DNA of 64,000 nucleotides from Chloroflexota bacterium (lineage in GTDB: Bacteria; Chloroflexota; Anaerolineae; Anaerolineales; DRMV01): assembly GCA_011322445.1 (NCBI GenBank), contig DRMV01000033.1, positions 97,560 to 161,559 on the forward strand, in the 5' to 3' direction. Below the pieces are notes generated by a model. That model had not been told where the DNA came from and made no database searches. It saw only the letters and a program-made list of their open reading frames with translations. Positions 19,668 through 29,194 of this stretch are shown here, piece after piece. The position numbers and the translations under genes are program-made. Within the stretch, counting starts at the first letter, position 1. Each line of letters opens with the position of its first letter.

Positions 19668-19868
19668 GATGCCCTCCTTGGCTGGCCTTCCTTCCTTGGC
19701 CCCGCCATCCTTTGCTGGCGGCTCTCCTCGTCTGGCAGGTACAGCGTTGCAAAGGCTGCCGCCTTTCCTCCTCCAAAAAGCCCTCCGAAGTCGCCTTCCC
19801 AAAAAAGGTTTTATGCTATACTGAAAACACACTTCGCCAATTTTTCATCCCCTGGAGGAGGTCACACC

Positions 19869-21485
19869 ATGCCTGCGTACGATTACCAACTGCTACTCAA
19901 GCGTCTCCTGGAACAAGGCGTCCGCTGGGCTCCCGACCAGAAGATTTACTACCGCGACCAGTGGGAATACACCTACACCGAAATGTACCAACGCGTGCTG
20001 CGGCTCGGGGCGGCACTAAAAGCTGCTGGCGCCAAAATCGGCACCAAAGTCGGCGTCATCGAATGGGACAGCCACCGCTACCTCGAAATGTACTTCGGTA
20101 TTCCGGGCATTGGTGCCATCCTCCATACCATCAATCCCCGCCTTTCCCCTGCCGACCTGGCCTACACCGTCATCCATGCCGAAGACGAAATCATGGTCTT
20201 CCACGAAGACTTCCTGCCCCTGGTCGAAAAACTTGCCCCGCAACTGACCAGCGTCCGCCAATACATCATTATTACGGATAAAGACACCCCACCTGAAACG
20301 CCACTCACCGACCTGGATTACGAAACCTGGCTCAGCAGCGTGCAGCCGCTGGAAGACCTACCCGACCTGCCGGAAGACACCCAGGCCACGCTGGCTTACA
20401 CCACCGGCACCACCGGAAAACCCAAAGGCGTGTATTTCACCCAACGCCAACTGGTACTGCACGGCCTCTCGGGCGGCCTGGCACTGAGCGCGTTGGGGGA
20501 TTTCGGGGGCATCAGCAAATACGACGTCTACATGCCCCTGACCCCGATGTTCCATGTCCATGCGTGGGGCGTGCCGTATGTTTCCACCATGCTGGGGCTG
20601 AAGCAGGTCTACCCTGGCCGCTACGAGCCGCAAATGCTGCTCAAACTCATCCTCACCCACAAAGTCACCTTCAGCCACTGCGTACCCACCATCTTGCAGA
20701 TGATTGTGAACGCACCGGGCATCGAAAAATACGACCTCAGCCAGTGGAAAGTGGTCATCGGCGGTGCCCGCCTCACCAAAGGGCTGGCCCAGCGCGCCCG
20801 GGAAATCGGCATCAAGGTCTCTGCCGGCTACGGCATGTCGGAAACCGCGCCCATCCTCACCCTGGCCATGCTGAAACCTTACATGGAAGACTGGGACGAG
20901 GACAAAAAACTGGACTACCTCATCAAGACCGGCGTGCCCATCCCGCTGGTAGACCTGCGCATCATCAACGAAGCCGGCGAAGACGTCGCCCACGACGGGC
21001 AGGAAAAGGGCGAAATCGTGGTTCGCACCCCCTGGCTCACGCCGGGCTACTACAAAGACCCCGAACGCTCCGAAAAACTGTGGGAAGGCGGCTGGCTGCA
21101 CACCGGTGACGTCGCGGTGATCGACCAGCACGGCTACGTGCAAATCGTCGACCGCCTGAAAGACGTCATCAAGAGCGGCGGCGAGTGGATTTCCTCGCTG
21201 GAACTGGAAAACCTGCTCAGCCTGCACCCCGCCGTGCAGGAAGCCGCCGTCATCGGCATCCCCGACCCGCAGTGGGACGAGCGCCCGCTGGCGATCATCG
21301 TGCTCAAGGAAGGCCAGCACGTCGACGCCGACGGCCTGAAGACCCACCTGCAAAAATACGTTGACGAAGGCGTGATTGCCAAATGGGCGATCCCCGAGCG
21401 CTATGAATTCGTTGACGAGTTGCCCAAAACCAGCGTGGGTAAAATCGACAAAAAAGTCTTGCGCGCCCAGTTCGCACAAGACTAA
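19869..21485 (+). CDS. Acyl-CoA synthetase (AMP-forming, medium/long-chain or DmdB-like)
   Basis: YTTGTTGKPKG, GYGMSET, WLHTGD, DRLKDVIKSGGE, PKTSVGK; GGAGG RBS. Confidence 0.93.
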   Translation: MPAYDYQLLLKRLLEQGVRWAPDQKIYYRDQWEYTYTEMYQRVLRLGAALKAAGAKIGTKVGVIEWDSHRYLEMYFGIPGIGAILHTINPRLSPADLAYTVIHAEDEIMVFHEDFLPLVEKLAPQLTSVRQYIIITDKDTPPETPLTDLDYETWLSSVQPLEDLPDLPEDTQATLAYTTGTTGKPKGVYFTQRQLVLHGLSGGLALSALGDFGGISKYDVYMPLTPMFHVHAWGVPYVSTMLGLKQVYPGRYEPQMLLKLILTHKVTFSHCVPTILQMIVNAPGIEKYDLSQWKVVIGGARLTKGLAQRAREIGIKVSAGYGMSETAPILTLAMLKPYMEDWDEDKKLDYLIKTGVPIPLVDLRIINEAGEDVAHDGQEKGEIVVRTPWLTPGYYKDPERSEKLWEGGWLHTGDVAVIDQHGYVQIVDRLKDVIKSGGEWISSLELENLLSLHPAVQEAAVIGIPDPQWDERPLAIIVLKEGQHVDADGLKTHLQKYVDEGVIAKWAIPERYEFVDELPKTSVGKIDKKVLRAQFAQD

Positions 21486-21621
21486 AACCCGCTTTCACCG
21501 GCTGGCGGGGCGGATTTCCACCATCACGAGAAATCCGCCCCCTTTTGCTGCCCATGTCGCGCCCTGAAAAGCGCGGTGCAGGCGCTCACTCACGTCTTAC
21601 CTCCTCTTTCTAAGGAACACC

Positions 21622-22581
21622 ATGTCTACCCCTCAATTGCTTACCCTGGGGACCACCAAGATTCGCATCCCGCCCCTCGGCATCGGCACATGGGCGTGGG
21701 GCGACCGCTTTTTCTGGAATTACGGACGCAACTACACCGCCGAAGACATCCACGCGGCCTTTGCCGCCGCGGTAGAAGACGGCATCACCTTTTTTGACAC
21801 CGCCGAGGTCTATGGCATGGGGCGCGCCGAGCGTTTCCTGCGAGAAATGCTTGCCCAAACCGAAGCCCCCATCGTCATTGCCACCAAGTTCTTCCCCTTC
21901 CCGTGGCGGGTGCGGAAAGCCGCCATGCGCCGCGCCCTGCGCCACAGCCTGAAGCGGTTAGGGTTGGAAAAAGTAGACCTTTATCAAATCCACTTCCCCT
22001 GGCCGCTCCGCAGCACCGACTTTTGGGTGAGTGCGTTAGGCGAACTGGTGCAGGAAAGGCTGGTGCGGGCTGCGGGGGTTTCCAACTACAATGCCGAGCA
22101 AATGCGCCGCGCCCACGCGGTGCTACAAGCGCGCGGCATTCCGCTGGCCTCCAACCAGGTGCATTACAGCCTGCTGCACCGCGAGCCGGAGCGCAACGGT
22201 GTGCTCAACGCCTGCAAGGAACTCGGTATCACCCTGATTGCCTACAGCCCGCTGGAAATGGGCCTGCTGACCGGCAAATACACCCCCGAAAACCCGCCCG
22301 GCGGGGTGCGCAGCCGCCGCTACTCGCGGGAATACCTCGCCCGCATCCGACCGCTCATCGGCCTGATGCGGGAAATCGGTCAGGCCCACGGCGGCAAAAC
22401 CCCGGCCCAGGTGGCGCTCAACTGGGTCATTTGTAAAGGCGCGGTGCCCATCCCCGGGGCGAAAAACGCCCGCCAGGCAGCCGCCAACGCCGGGGCGTTG
22501 GGCTGGCAACTGACCGATGATGAAATAGCCGCCTTGGACCAGGCCAGTGAGAAAATCCACCCCCCAACTGCTACCCGCTAA
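21622..22581 (+). CDS. Aldo/keto reductase
   Basis: LGIGTWAWG, FFDTAEVYG, DLYQIH, GVSNY, IAYSPL, PIPGAKN. Confidence 0.93.
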   Translation: MSTPQLLTLGTTKIRIPPLGIGTWAWGDRFFWNYGRNYTAEDIHAAFAAAVEDGITFFDTAEVYGMGRAERFLREMLAQTEAPIVIATKFFPFPWRVRKAAMRRALRHSLKRLGLEKVDLYQIHFPWPLRSTDFWVSALGELVQERLVRAAGVSNYNAEQMRRAHAVLQARGIPLASNQVHYSLLHREPERNGVLNACKELGITLIAYSPLEMGLLTGKYTPENPPGGVRSRRYSREYLARIRPLIGLMREIGQAHGGKTPAQVALNWVICKGAVPIPGAKNARQAAANAGALGWQLTDDEIAALDQASEKIHPPTATR

Positions 22582-22588
22582 CCGCCAA
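22561..22588 (+). repeat. Short degenerate 7-mer array (CCCCCAA CTGCTAC CCGCTAA CCGCCAA)
   Basis: Period 7; contains the AKR TAA stop. Confidence 0.45.
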
Positions 22589-22605
22589 CCATTGGAGGTT
22601 TTCCC

Positions 22606-23517
22606 ATGACCTATCGCTTCGAAGTGCTCGACCTCAATTTCCAAAACGTGCCGCACACCATTGCGGTGTACCTCTTCCGCCACGACAAGGGCATCGCCCT
22701 CATCGAAAGCGGCCCCGGCTCGACCGTGCCAGCCCTGAAAAAAGCCCTGGCCGACCGCGGCTTTGCCCTGAGCGACATCACCGACGTGCTGCTCACCCAC
22801 ATCCACCTCGACCACGCCGGAGCAGCCGGTTTCCTGGCGCGGCAGGGCGCGACCATCCATGTCCACCCCGTGGGTGCGCCGCACATGATCAACCCCGAGA
22901 AACTGCTCATCTCCGCGGGGCGCATTTACGGCGACATGATGGAAACTCTCTGGGGCGACTTCCTGCCCGTGCCGGAAGAGAAAATCCACATTCCGCAAGA
23001 CGAGGAAGACATCGTCATTGGCGACCTGCGCTTCACGCCCCTCGACACCCCCGGCCACGCCTATCACCACTATGCCTACATGTTCGAAGGCGTGTGCTTC
23101 AGCGGCGACGTAGGCGGCGTGCGGCTTCCCCTCGGTAACGACACCAAACACCTGCGCCTGCCCATGCCGCCGCCGGAATTCCACCTGGAAAAGTGGCGTG
23201 AAAGCCTTGCCCGCCTGCGGGAAGCCGCCCCGCGCGCCATCGTGCCCACCCACTTCGGCCCCTTTGAGGACGTCGACTGGCACCTGGACGCCATCGAGCG
23301 GGAACTCGACGACGTCGAGGGCTTCCTGGAAGCCGTGATGCCTTCCCAGCCCAGCATCGAAGAACTGGAACGCAAACTGGACGCCTGGGTGCTGGAAAAG
23401 AACCAGCGCGACGGCATCGACCCCGAAACCCACCACGCCTACGAAACCGCCAACCCCACATGGATGTCGGCCTCGGGCCTGGCGCGCTACTGGAAGAAGT
23501 TTCGGCAGAGCCAATAA
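22606..23517 (+). CDS. MBL-fold metallo-hydrolase
   Basis: THIHLDHAG, TPGHAYHH, SGD, PTHFG. Confidence 0.92.
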   Translation: MTYRFEVLDLNFQNVPHTIAVYLFRHDKGIALIESGPGSTVPALKKALADRGFALSDITDVLLTHIHLDHAGAAGFLARQGATIHVHPVGAPHMINPEKLLISAGRIYGDMMETLWGDFLPVPEEKIHIPQDEEDIVIGDLRFTPLDTPGHAYHHYAYMFEGVCFSGDVGGVRLPLGNDTKHLRLPMPPPEFHLEKWRESLARLREAAPRAIVPTHFGPFEDVDWHLDAIERELDDVEGFLEAVMPSQPSIEELERKLDAWVLEKNQRDGIDPETHHAYETANPTWMSASGLARYWKKFRQSQ

Positions 23518-23526
23518 AACTGCAGA

Positions 23527-23579
23527 AAACCGCAGATTACACAGAAAAAATCTGCGCTAATCTGCGCAATCTGCGGTTT
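23527..23579. repeat. CAGATT/AATCTG inverted-array element, empty copy
   Basis: AAACCGCAGATTACACAGA-AAAA-AATCTGCGCTAATCTGCGCAATCTGCGGTTT. Confidence 0.85.
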
Positions 23580-23590
23580 TTCCCTCGGCC

Positions 23591-23968
23591 ATGAGCAAGG
23601 CAAGCCACAACCAGCGCATCGGCAAGATCGGCGAAGACGCAGCGGCGGCTTACCTCGAAGCCCGCGGCTACCGCATCATAGGGCGCAACGTGCGCACGCC
23701 CCACGGCGAAATCGACCTCATCGCTGTCGCGCCCGACCACCTCGCCTTTGTCGAAGTCAAAACCCGTACCAGCAATGCCTTCGGCCAGCCCGAAGAAGCC
23801 ATCACCGCCCGCAAATGGGCACACATGGTTGCCGCCGCCGAACACTGGCTATACGAAAACCGCCCGGGCGATGAAGCATGGCAAATCGACGTCATCGCGG
23901 TGCGCTTCCCCTCCCCCGCTCAACTCACCCAGCCGGAAATCCACCATTTTCCCAATGTCCAACGCTGA
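23591..23968 (+). CDS. yraN: YraN family (UPF0102) endonuclease-like protein
   Basis: GEDAAAAYL, GEIDLIA, FVEVKTR, IDVIAV. Confidence 0.92.
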   Translation: MSKASHNQRIGKIGEDAAAAYLEARGYRIIGRNVRTPHGEIDLIAVAPDHLAFVEVKTRTSNAFGQPEEAITARKWAHMVAAAEHWLYENRPGDEAWQIDVIAVRFPSPAQLTQPEIHHFPNVQR

Positions 23969-24905
23969 CGCCCCACCCCAAAAGCCGCCCCTCATCGTGC
24001 TCGTCGGCCCCACCGCCGTGGGGAAGACTGAACTCTCGCTGCAACTCGCCGAGCGCATTGGCGGCGAAATCGTCTCCGCCGACTCGCGGCTGCTTTATCG
24101 CGGCATGGATATCGGCACCGCCAAGCCCACCCCCGCCGAGCGCGCCCGCGTGCCTCATCATCTCATCGACGTGGCCAACCCCGACGAAGTGTGGTCGGTC
24201 GCCCGCTATCAGGATGCCGCCTACGCGGCCATCGACGACATCCACCGCCGTGGCAAAGTGCCCCTGCTGGTCGGCGGCACAGGGCAATATGTGTGGGCCG
24301 TGGTAGAAGGCTGGCAGGTGCCGCGCGTACCACCCCGCCCCGGCCTGCGGGAAGCGCTGGAGCGTTGGGGAGAGGCACTCGGCCCCGAAGCCCTGCACGC
24401 CCGCCTGGCGCGCCTCGACCCCGAAGCCGCAGCCCGCATTCTGCCTTCCAACCTGCGCCGCACAGTGCGCGCCCTGGAAGTGATATTCAGCACTGGCCGC
24501 CGCTTTTCCGAACAGCAGGGCAAAACTCCCCCACCTTACCGGATACTCATCCTCGGCCTCACCCGTCCCCGCCCGGAACTGCATACCCGCATCGACGCCC
24601 GCATCGACGCCATGCTGGCTGCAGGATGGCTCGACGAAGTGCGCCGCCTGCTGGAAGCCGGTTACAGCCCCGACCTCCCTGCCATGTCGGGCATCGGCTA
24701 CGCCGAACTCATCGCCTACCTGCAAGGGCAAATTCCGTTGGAAGAAGCCGTGCACCGCATTCAAAAACGCACGCGCCGCTTTGTGCGCCGCCAGGCCAAC
24801 TGGTTCAAAGCCGACGACCCCCGCATCCATTGGTTCCCCGCCGGGGAAGACCCACTCACGGCCACGCTGCCCCTTGTCGCCAACTTCCTGAGAACGGCTG
24901 CGTGA
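23955..24905 (+). CDS. miaA: tRNA dimethylallyltransferase
   Basis: GPTAVGKT, SADSRLLYRGMDIGTAKP, HHLID, VGGTGQY; start ATG 23955. Confidence 0.97.
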   Translation: MSNADAPPQKPPLIVLVGPTAVGKTELSLQLAERIGGEIVSADSRLLYRGMDIGTAKPTPAERARVPHHLIDVANPDEVWSVARYQDAAYAAIDDIHRRGKVPLLVGGTGQYVWAVVEGWQVPRVPPRPGLREALERWGEALGPEALHARLARLDPEAAARILPSNLRRTVRALEVIFSTGRRFSEQQGKTPPPYRILILGLTRPRPELHTRIDARIDAMLAAGWLDEVRRLLEAGYSPDLPAMSGIGYAELIAYLQGQIPLEEAVHRIQKRTRRFVRRQANWFKADDPRIHWFPAGEDPLTATLPLVANFLRTAA

Positions 24906-24963
24906 CCAACCTTGCTTTCCGGTGTTACCTCTAACAGCAAGACGCCACACCAAGGAGGCCACA

Positions 24964-25413
24964 ATGATTCAAACCATCCGCCAATTGCTCAAAGCCAAAG
25001 GGCATGAGGTTTGGGCGATTTCCCCCAATGCGACGGTGTACGAAGCGCTGGAGATGATGGCCGACAAAGACGTCGGCGCGCTGCTGGTCATGGAAGGCGA
25101 CCGGCTGGTGGGCATCTTCTCCGAGCGCGACTACGCCCGCCGCTGCATCCTCCGCAACCGCCGCTCTAAAGAAACCCGCGTGCGGGAACTGATGACCCAA
25201 GACGTCATCACCATCACCCCCAGCACCACCATCGACGAAGCCATGGAACTGATGACACGCCACCGCATCCGCCACCTGCCCGTGGTGGAAAACGACAAAG
25301 TCGTTGGCGTGGTTTCCATCGGCGACATCGTCAAAACGGTCATCGAAAACCAGCAACACATGATCTCGCACCTGGAAGGCTACATCGCTGGCGACGCAGG
25401 TGCAACAGCATAG
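24964..25413 (+). CDS. Stand-alone CBS-pair protein
   Basis: GIFSERDY, RIRHLPV, VSIGDIVK; GGAGG RBS. Confidence 0.92.
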   Translation: MIQTIRQLLKAKGHEVWAISPNATVYEALEMMADKDVGALLVMEGDRLVGIFSERDYARRCILRNRRSKETRVRELMTQDVITITPSTTIDEAMELMTRHRIRHLPVVENDKVVGVVSIGDIVKTVIENQQHMISHLEGYIAGDAGATA

Positions 25414-25425
25414 CCTCTCCAAACA

Positions 25426-25457
25426 CAAAAGGCGGTTCCGCACGGAACCGCCTTTTG
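25426..25457. terminator. Bidirectional terminator
   Basis: CAAAAGGCGGTTCCG-CA-CGGAACCGCCTTTTG between convergent genes. Confidence 0.85.
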
Positions 25458-25474
25458 ACATCTGGCTTCCAAGC

Positions 25475-26461
25475 CTACTTTTTGCCTGGGTCGTAAAACA
25501 CCAGCGTGCCCCACGACGTCGGCAGCAGGGTGCGGTAAGGGTCATTGGAAAGCATTGTCTGCTGAACGGCCTGGTTCGGATCGTCATCATCGGAGAGGCT
25601 GATAGCAAAGCCCATCTTCAGGCCGGGGTAAGGCTTGAAGCCGATGATCGTCCACGGAATCGCGGCTTCCAGCACATAGCCGTCAGAAGTCAGTTTCACG
25701 CCCAGCTCCACGGCGTGCACCGTGCGCGCCTGGGCCGCGGGATACCACAAGTAGGCTTCCGGCGAAGTGCCGGGCGGGTTCCCGGGGGAAAGGCCAATCT
25801 GGTAATCATCGCCATTGAGGGCGTTGATGTAGAAATCACCGTAAAGATTGGTGTCTAACTGAATTTCCACATCATCACCCTTGTAAATCGCCGCGCCATG
25901 CTCCTTTTGCACCAATTGGTCGTCGACCACCTGAACAGCAATATAGAGCGCCCGGTAATCCCACCCAATGCGGAAAGTGCCGCTAAGATCACTTGCGCCG
26001 CTGTAATTCGCCGCTCCATAAACCACGTTGGCAATGGGGTAAGTGACCGTGGTGCGCCAATCGTTCAGGTTGCCATCGATGTTGTTCGGGGCGATCCACA
26101 AAAGGGGGGCACGCACCACCGGACCAGGGCGGGAAGGCAACGGCGTCGGGGGTGGGGGCGACGTGGGCGGCGGAGCAGTTGGCACCGCTGTGGGGGGAAG
26201 CGGCGTGGGAGAAGCCACCGGCGTAGCCGTCGCCACCACGGGCCCAGCCGTGGCAGGTAGGGGAGACTGCCCGCGCGGCGTAGCCGTGGGCGGCACGCCC
26301 AACTGCGGGCTGAAAAAGGCCGTCATCGTGAGATTGGGCGTGGGGGAAGCAAACGGGGCAGGAGCCTTCAGGCCAGGGAGCGCACAAGCCACCCCTACCA
26401 GCAATGCCGCGCCTGCCAACAGCCCCCACCATAAAACCTTGCTTCGATTGGTCTGCATCAC
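25475..26461 (-). CDS. Lipoprotein with Pro/Thr linker and CBM9-like sugar-binding domain
   Basis: Signal peptide ending VGVAC, P/T-rich linker, IDGNLNDW...WD..ALYIAVQVVDD...DDVEI...YVLEAAIPW. Confidence 0.75.
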   Translation of the reverse strand: MMQTNRSKVLWWGLLAGAALLVGVACALPGLKAPAPFASPTPNLTMTAFFSPQLGVPPTATPRGQSPLPATAGPVVATATPVASPTPLPPTAVPTAPPPTSPPPPTPLPSRPGPVVRAPLLWIAPNNIDGNLNDWRTTVTYPIANVVYGAANYSGASDLSGTFRIGWDYRALYIAVQVVDDQLVQKEHGAAIYKGDDVEIQLDTNLYGDFYINALNGDDYQIGLSPGNPPGTSPEAYLWYPAAQARTVHAVELGVKLTSDGYVLEAAIPWTIIGFKPYPGLKMGFAISLSDDDDPNQAVQQTMLSNDPYRTLLPTSWGTLVFYDPGKK

Positions 26462-26526
26462 ACACCTCCTGGCCTTCAGGTTGCAATGGCTATGCCACTC
26501 TCTCCTTCATTGTACAGCAAAAAGGG

Positions 26527-26544
26527 TGTTAGAGATTTGTTAGA
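26527..26544. promoter_or_regulatory. 11-bp-period direct repeat TGTTAGA x2 in a divergent promoter region
   Basis: TGTTAGA-gatt-TGTTAGA; nearby -10 boxes TACAAT (minus, 26509-26514) and TAAAAT (plus). Confidence 0.4.
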
Positions 26545-26658
26545 AATCTTTCGCCGCCCCTATGCCGCAAAGCGCTTGTGCTAAAATAGGGGTGCCCGAA
26601 CAGTGCCTCAAACGGCATTTAAAAACTGCCAAAAGACCCTATGAGTGGAGGTAGCATT

Positions 26659-26940
26659 ATGGCTGACAAGATCAAAGTCCAACCCCTGGGTAGCCGCGTG
26701 TTGATTCGCCCGGAAGAAGAAGAACCCAAAACCAGCAGCGGCATTCTGTTGCCCGAAACCGCGAAAGAAAAGCCCCAAATTGGCGAAGTGATCGCCATTG
26801 GCGACGAAGAAGAAGAAATTCCCGTCAAGGTGGGGCAGAAAGTGCTCTACCCCAAATACACCGGCACCGAAATCAAGATCGACGGCAAAGAACACCTCAT
26901 CATGGACGCCGGCGACCTGCTCGCGGTTGTGGAAAAATAA
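26659..26940 (+). CDS. groES: Co-chaperonin GroES, without adjacent groEL
   Basis: VQPLGSRVLI, SGILLPETAKEKPQ.GEVIAIG, YPKYTGTEIK. Confidence 0.95.
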   Translation: MADKIKVQPLGSRVLIRPEEEEPKTSSGILLPETAKEKPQIGEVIAIGDEEEEIPVKVGQKVLYPKYTGTEIKIDGKEHLIMDAGDLLAVVEK

Positions 26941-26947
26941 CCTCGGC

Positions 26948-27056
26948 CAGGCAGCACACGAACTTCAGCGTCCGGGGCGCCAAAACCCCGGACGCTCGCT
27001 AAAAAAATGGGCCTGAGGCCCATTTTTTTAGCCTTCGGCCCGGCGTGTGCAGCCTG
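26948..27056. other. Intergenic three-way-junction palindromic element
   Basis: 13-bp outer stem (1 mismatch) enclosing an 11-bp hairpin and a perfect 17-bp hairpin. Confidence 0.7.
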
Positions 27057-27088
27057 TCCGCGGTCATTCCCCAGCAAGGAGGCACGAC

Positions 27089-28060
27089 ATGTTCCAACTG
27101 AACATCGGCGGCTCGGAACAAGCCGACACCAACAAAATCTACGACCTCATCGTGGTCGGTGCTGGCGCCGCCGGCCTGACCTCGGCCATCTATGCTTCAC
27201 GCGATGGCTGGGAAACACTGGTGCTGGAAAAGGAAGCCACCGGCGGCCTGGCTGCCACCACGCATCTCATCGAAAACTACCCTGGCTTCCCCGAAGGCAT
27301 CGACGGCTCGGAACTGATGGAAAAATTCGTCGAGCAGGCCAAACGCTTTGGAGCCAAAATCGTCGAATTCGAAGAAGTCACCAGCCTGACGAAAAACGAC
27401 GAAGGCATCTTCGAAATTGCCACCACGGGCGCGACCTACAAAGGCCGCGCGGTCATCCTCGCCACCGGCAGCCGCCCCAAACACCTGGGCATCCCCGGCG
27501 AGGAAGAATTCGCCAACAAGGGCGTCTCCTACTGCGCCACCTGCGACGGCCCGCTCTTCAAAGGGCAGGATGTCGTGGTCATCGGTTGCGGCAACTCCGG
27601 CCTGCAGGAAGCCCAAATTCTGCTGGAATATGCCAAATCGGTCACTTTCGTGGAATTCCTGCCCTACTCCATTGCCGAAAAAGTGCTCCAAGAGCGCGTC
27701 GTCAACCACCCCAAAGTCAAGTGCTACTTCTCACACATGGCCGTGGAAATCAAAGGCGATGACTTCGTCAACGCCATCGTGGTCAAAGACCGCGAAACCG
27801 GCGAGTTGAAGGAAATCCCCACCCAGGGCGTCTTCGTCTACGTCGGCTACCAGCCTTACACCGATTTCGTGAAAGGCGTGGTAGACCTCGACGAGCGCGG
27901 CTACATCGTCACCGACGCCCACATGCACACCAACATCCCCGGCGTGTTTGCGGCAGGCGACGTGCGTTCTGGCAACCTGGCCCAGGTGGCCGTGGCCGTG
28001 GGCGACGGTGCCAAAGCCGCCATCGCCGTGCGCGAATACCTGCAGGCGCAAAACAAATAA
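27089..28060 (+). CDS. trxB: Thioredoxin reductase paralog 1 (AhpF-like NADH-type nucleotide site)
   Basis: GAGAAG FAD motif, CATCDG, GCGNSG, VEFLP in place of HRR. Confidence 0.88.
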   Translation: MFQLNIGGSEQADTNKIYDLIVVGAGAAGLTSAIYASRDGWETLVLEKEATGGLAATTHLIENYPGFPEGIDGSELMEKFVEQAKRFGAKIVEFEEVTSLTKNDEGIFEIATTGATYKGRAVILATGSRPKHLGIPGEEEFANKGVSYCATCDGPLFKGQDVVVIGCGNSGLQEAQILLEYAKSVTFVEFLPYSIAEKVLQERVVNHPKVKCYFSHMAVEIKGDDFVNAIVVKDRETGELKEIPTQGVFVYVGYQPYTDFVKGVVDLDERGYIVTDAHMHTNIPGVFAAGDVRSGNLAQVAVAVGDGAKAAIAVREYLQAQNK

Positions 28061-28104
28061 TGTCCCACCGGGCGAGGCCTCAGGCTTCGCCCGTATGAAT
28101 TCCT

Positions 28105-29040
28105 ATGAGCGAAAGCACCCACACCCCCCTGCTAATTTTAGGCGCGGGCCCCGCGGGGCTGGCCGCGGCGCTTTACGCGGCGCGCGCCGACCTGCAGCCC
28201 ATCGTCCTCACCGGCCCGGAACTTGGCGGCCAGGTTTCCATCACCTACATCGTCGAAAACTACCCCGGCTTCCCCGAAGGTGTGGAAGGCCCCGACTTGG
28301 TGACCCGCTTCAAAGAGCAGGCCGAAAAATTCGGCGCGCGCCTGGTGCTCGACACCGCCACCGCGGTGGACTTCCGCCAGCGCCCCTTCCGCATCCGCAC
28401 CACCAAAACCGAATACACCGCCGACACGGTCATCATCGCCACCGGTGCCACGGCCAAGCAATTGGAAATTCCCGGCGAAGACGAACTCATCGGCATGGGC
28501 GTTTCTTACTGCGCCACCTGCGACGGACACTTCTTCAAAGGCATGGACATCATGGTGGTGGGCGGCGGTGACAGCGCCCTGGAAGAAGCCCTCTTCCTCA
28601 CCCGCTACGCCAACAGTGTGACCATCGTCCATCGCCGCGAGGCATTGCGCGCCGGCCCACTGCTGCAAAAGCGCGCCCGCAACCACCCCAAAATTCGCTT
28701 CCTGATGGAAACCATCGTCACCGAAATCTTAGGCGACGAGATGGTCGAGGGCGTGCGCCTGCAACACCTGCCCAGCGGCGAAGAGCGAGAGCACCCCATC
28801 GCGGGCGTGTTCATCTTCATCGGCTACCACCCCAACACCGACCTGTTCGAAGGGCAAATCACCTTAGACGAACGCGGCTATATCGCCGTTGACAAACACA
28901 TGCACACCAACATCCCCGGCGTGTTTGCCGCGGGCGAAGTGGCCGACAGCCGCTATCGCCAGGTGATTACCTCGGCAGGCATGGGTGCAGCCGCGGCGAT
29001 GGAGGCAATTCATTTTCTGGAAAACCAAGGGCTTCCCTGA
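28105..29040 (+). CDS. trxB: Thioredoxin reductase paralog 2 (canonical NADPH type)
   Basis: GAGPAG, CATCDG, GGGDSA, VHRREALR. Confidence 0.95.
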   Translation: MSESTHTPLLILGAGPAGLAAALYAARADLQPIVLTGPELGGQVSITYIVENYPGFPEGVEGPDLVTRFKEQAEKFGARLVLDTATAVDFRQRPFRIRTTKTEYTADTVIIATGATAKQLEIPGEDELIGMGVSYCATCDGHFFKGMDIMVVGGGDSALEEALFLTRYANSVTIVHRREALRAGPLLQKRARNHPKIRFLMETIVTEILGDEMVEGVRLQHLPSGEEREHPIAGVFIFIGYHPNTDLFEGQITLDERGYIAVDKHMHTNIPGVFAAGEVADSRYRQVITSAGMGAAAAMEAIHFLENQGLP

Positions 29041-29058
29041 GGGGGGAAGCCTTTTTTT
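29027..29058 (+). terminator. Terminator after trxB2
   Basis: AAGGGCTTCCC...GGGAAGCC followed by a T run. Confidence 0.7.
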
Positions 29059-29194
29059 GACGGCCCGTAGTGACAACTGTAACTACCCCAAACGGGCCGA
29101 TTCGAGTATCATTGAAACTTAGAGTGAGCATTCAGGCCTTGCGTGACAAGGCACATTTATCTCGTCCGTCACATTGCACCTGAGGAGGCAACAA

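Noticed and set aside
19629-19868. Integrated element (att site) at tRNA-Leu
   Set aside because: No integrase and no duplicated tRNA 3' end in the window; next gene is host-like
26545-26658. CIRCE/HrcA operator before groES (and before clpB)
   Set aside because: TTAGCACTC-N9-GAGTGCTAA not present at either locus
27089-29040. Recent tandem duplication or assembly artefact of trxB
   Set aside because: The two genes share only short motifs and differ at the cofactor site
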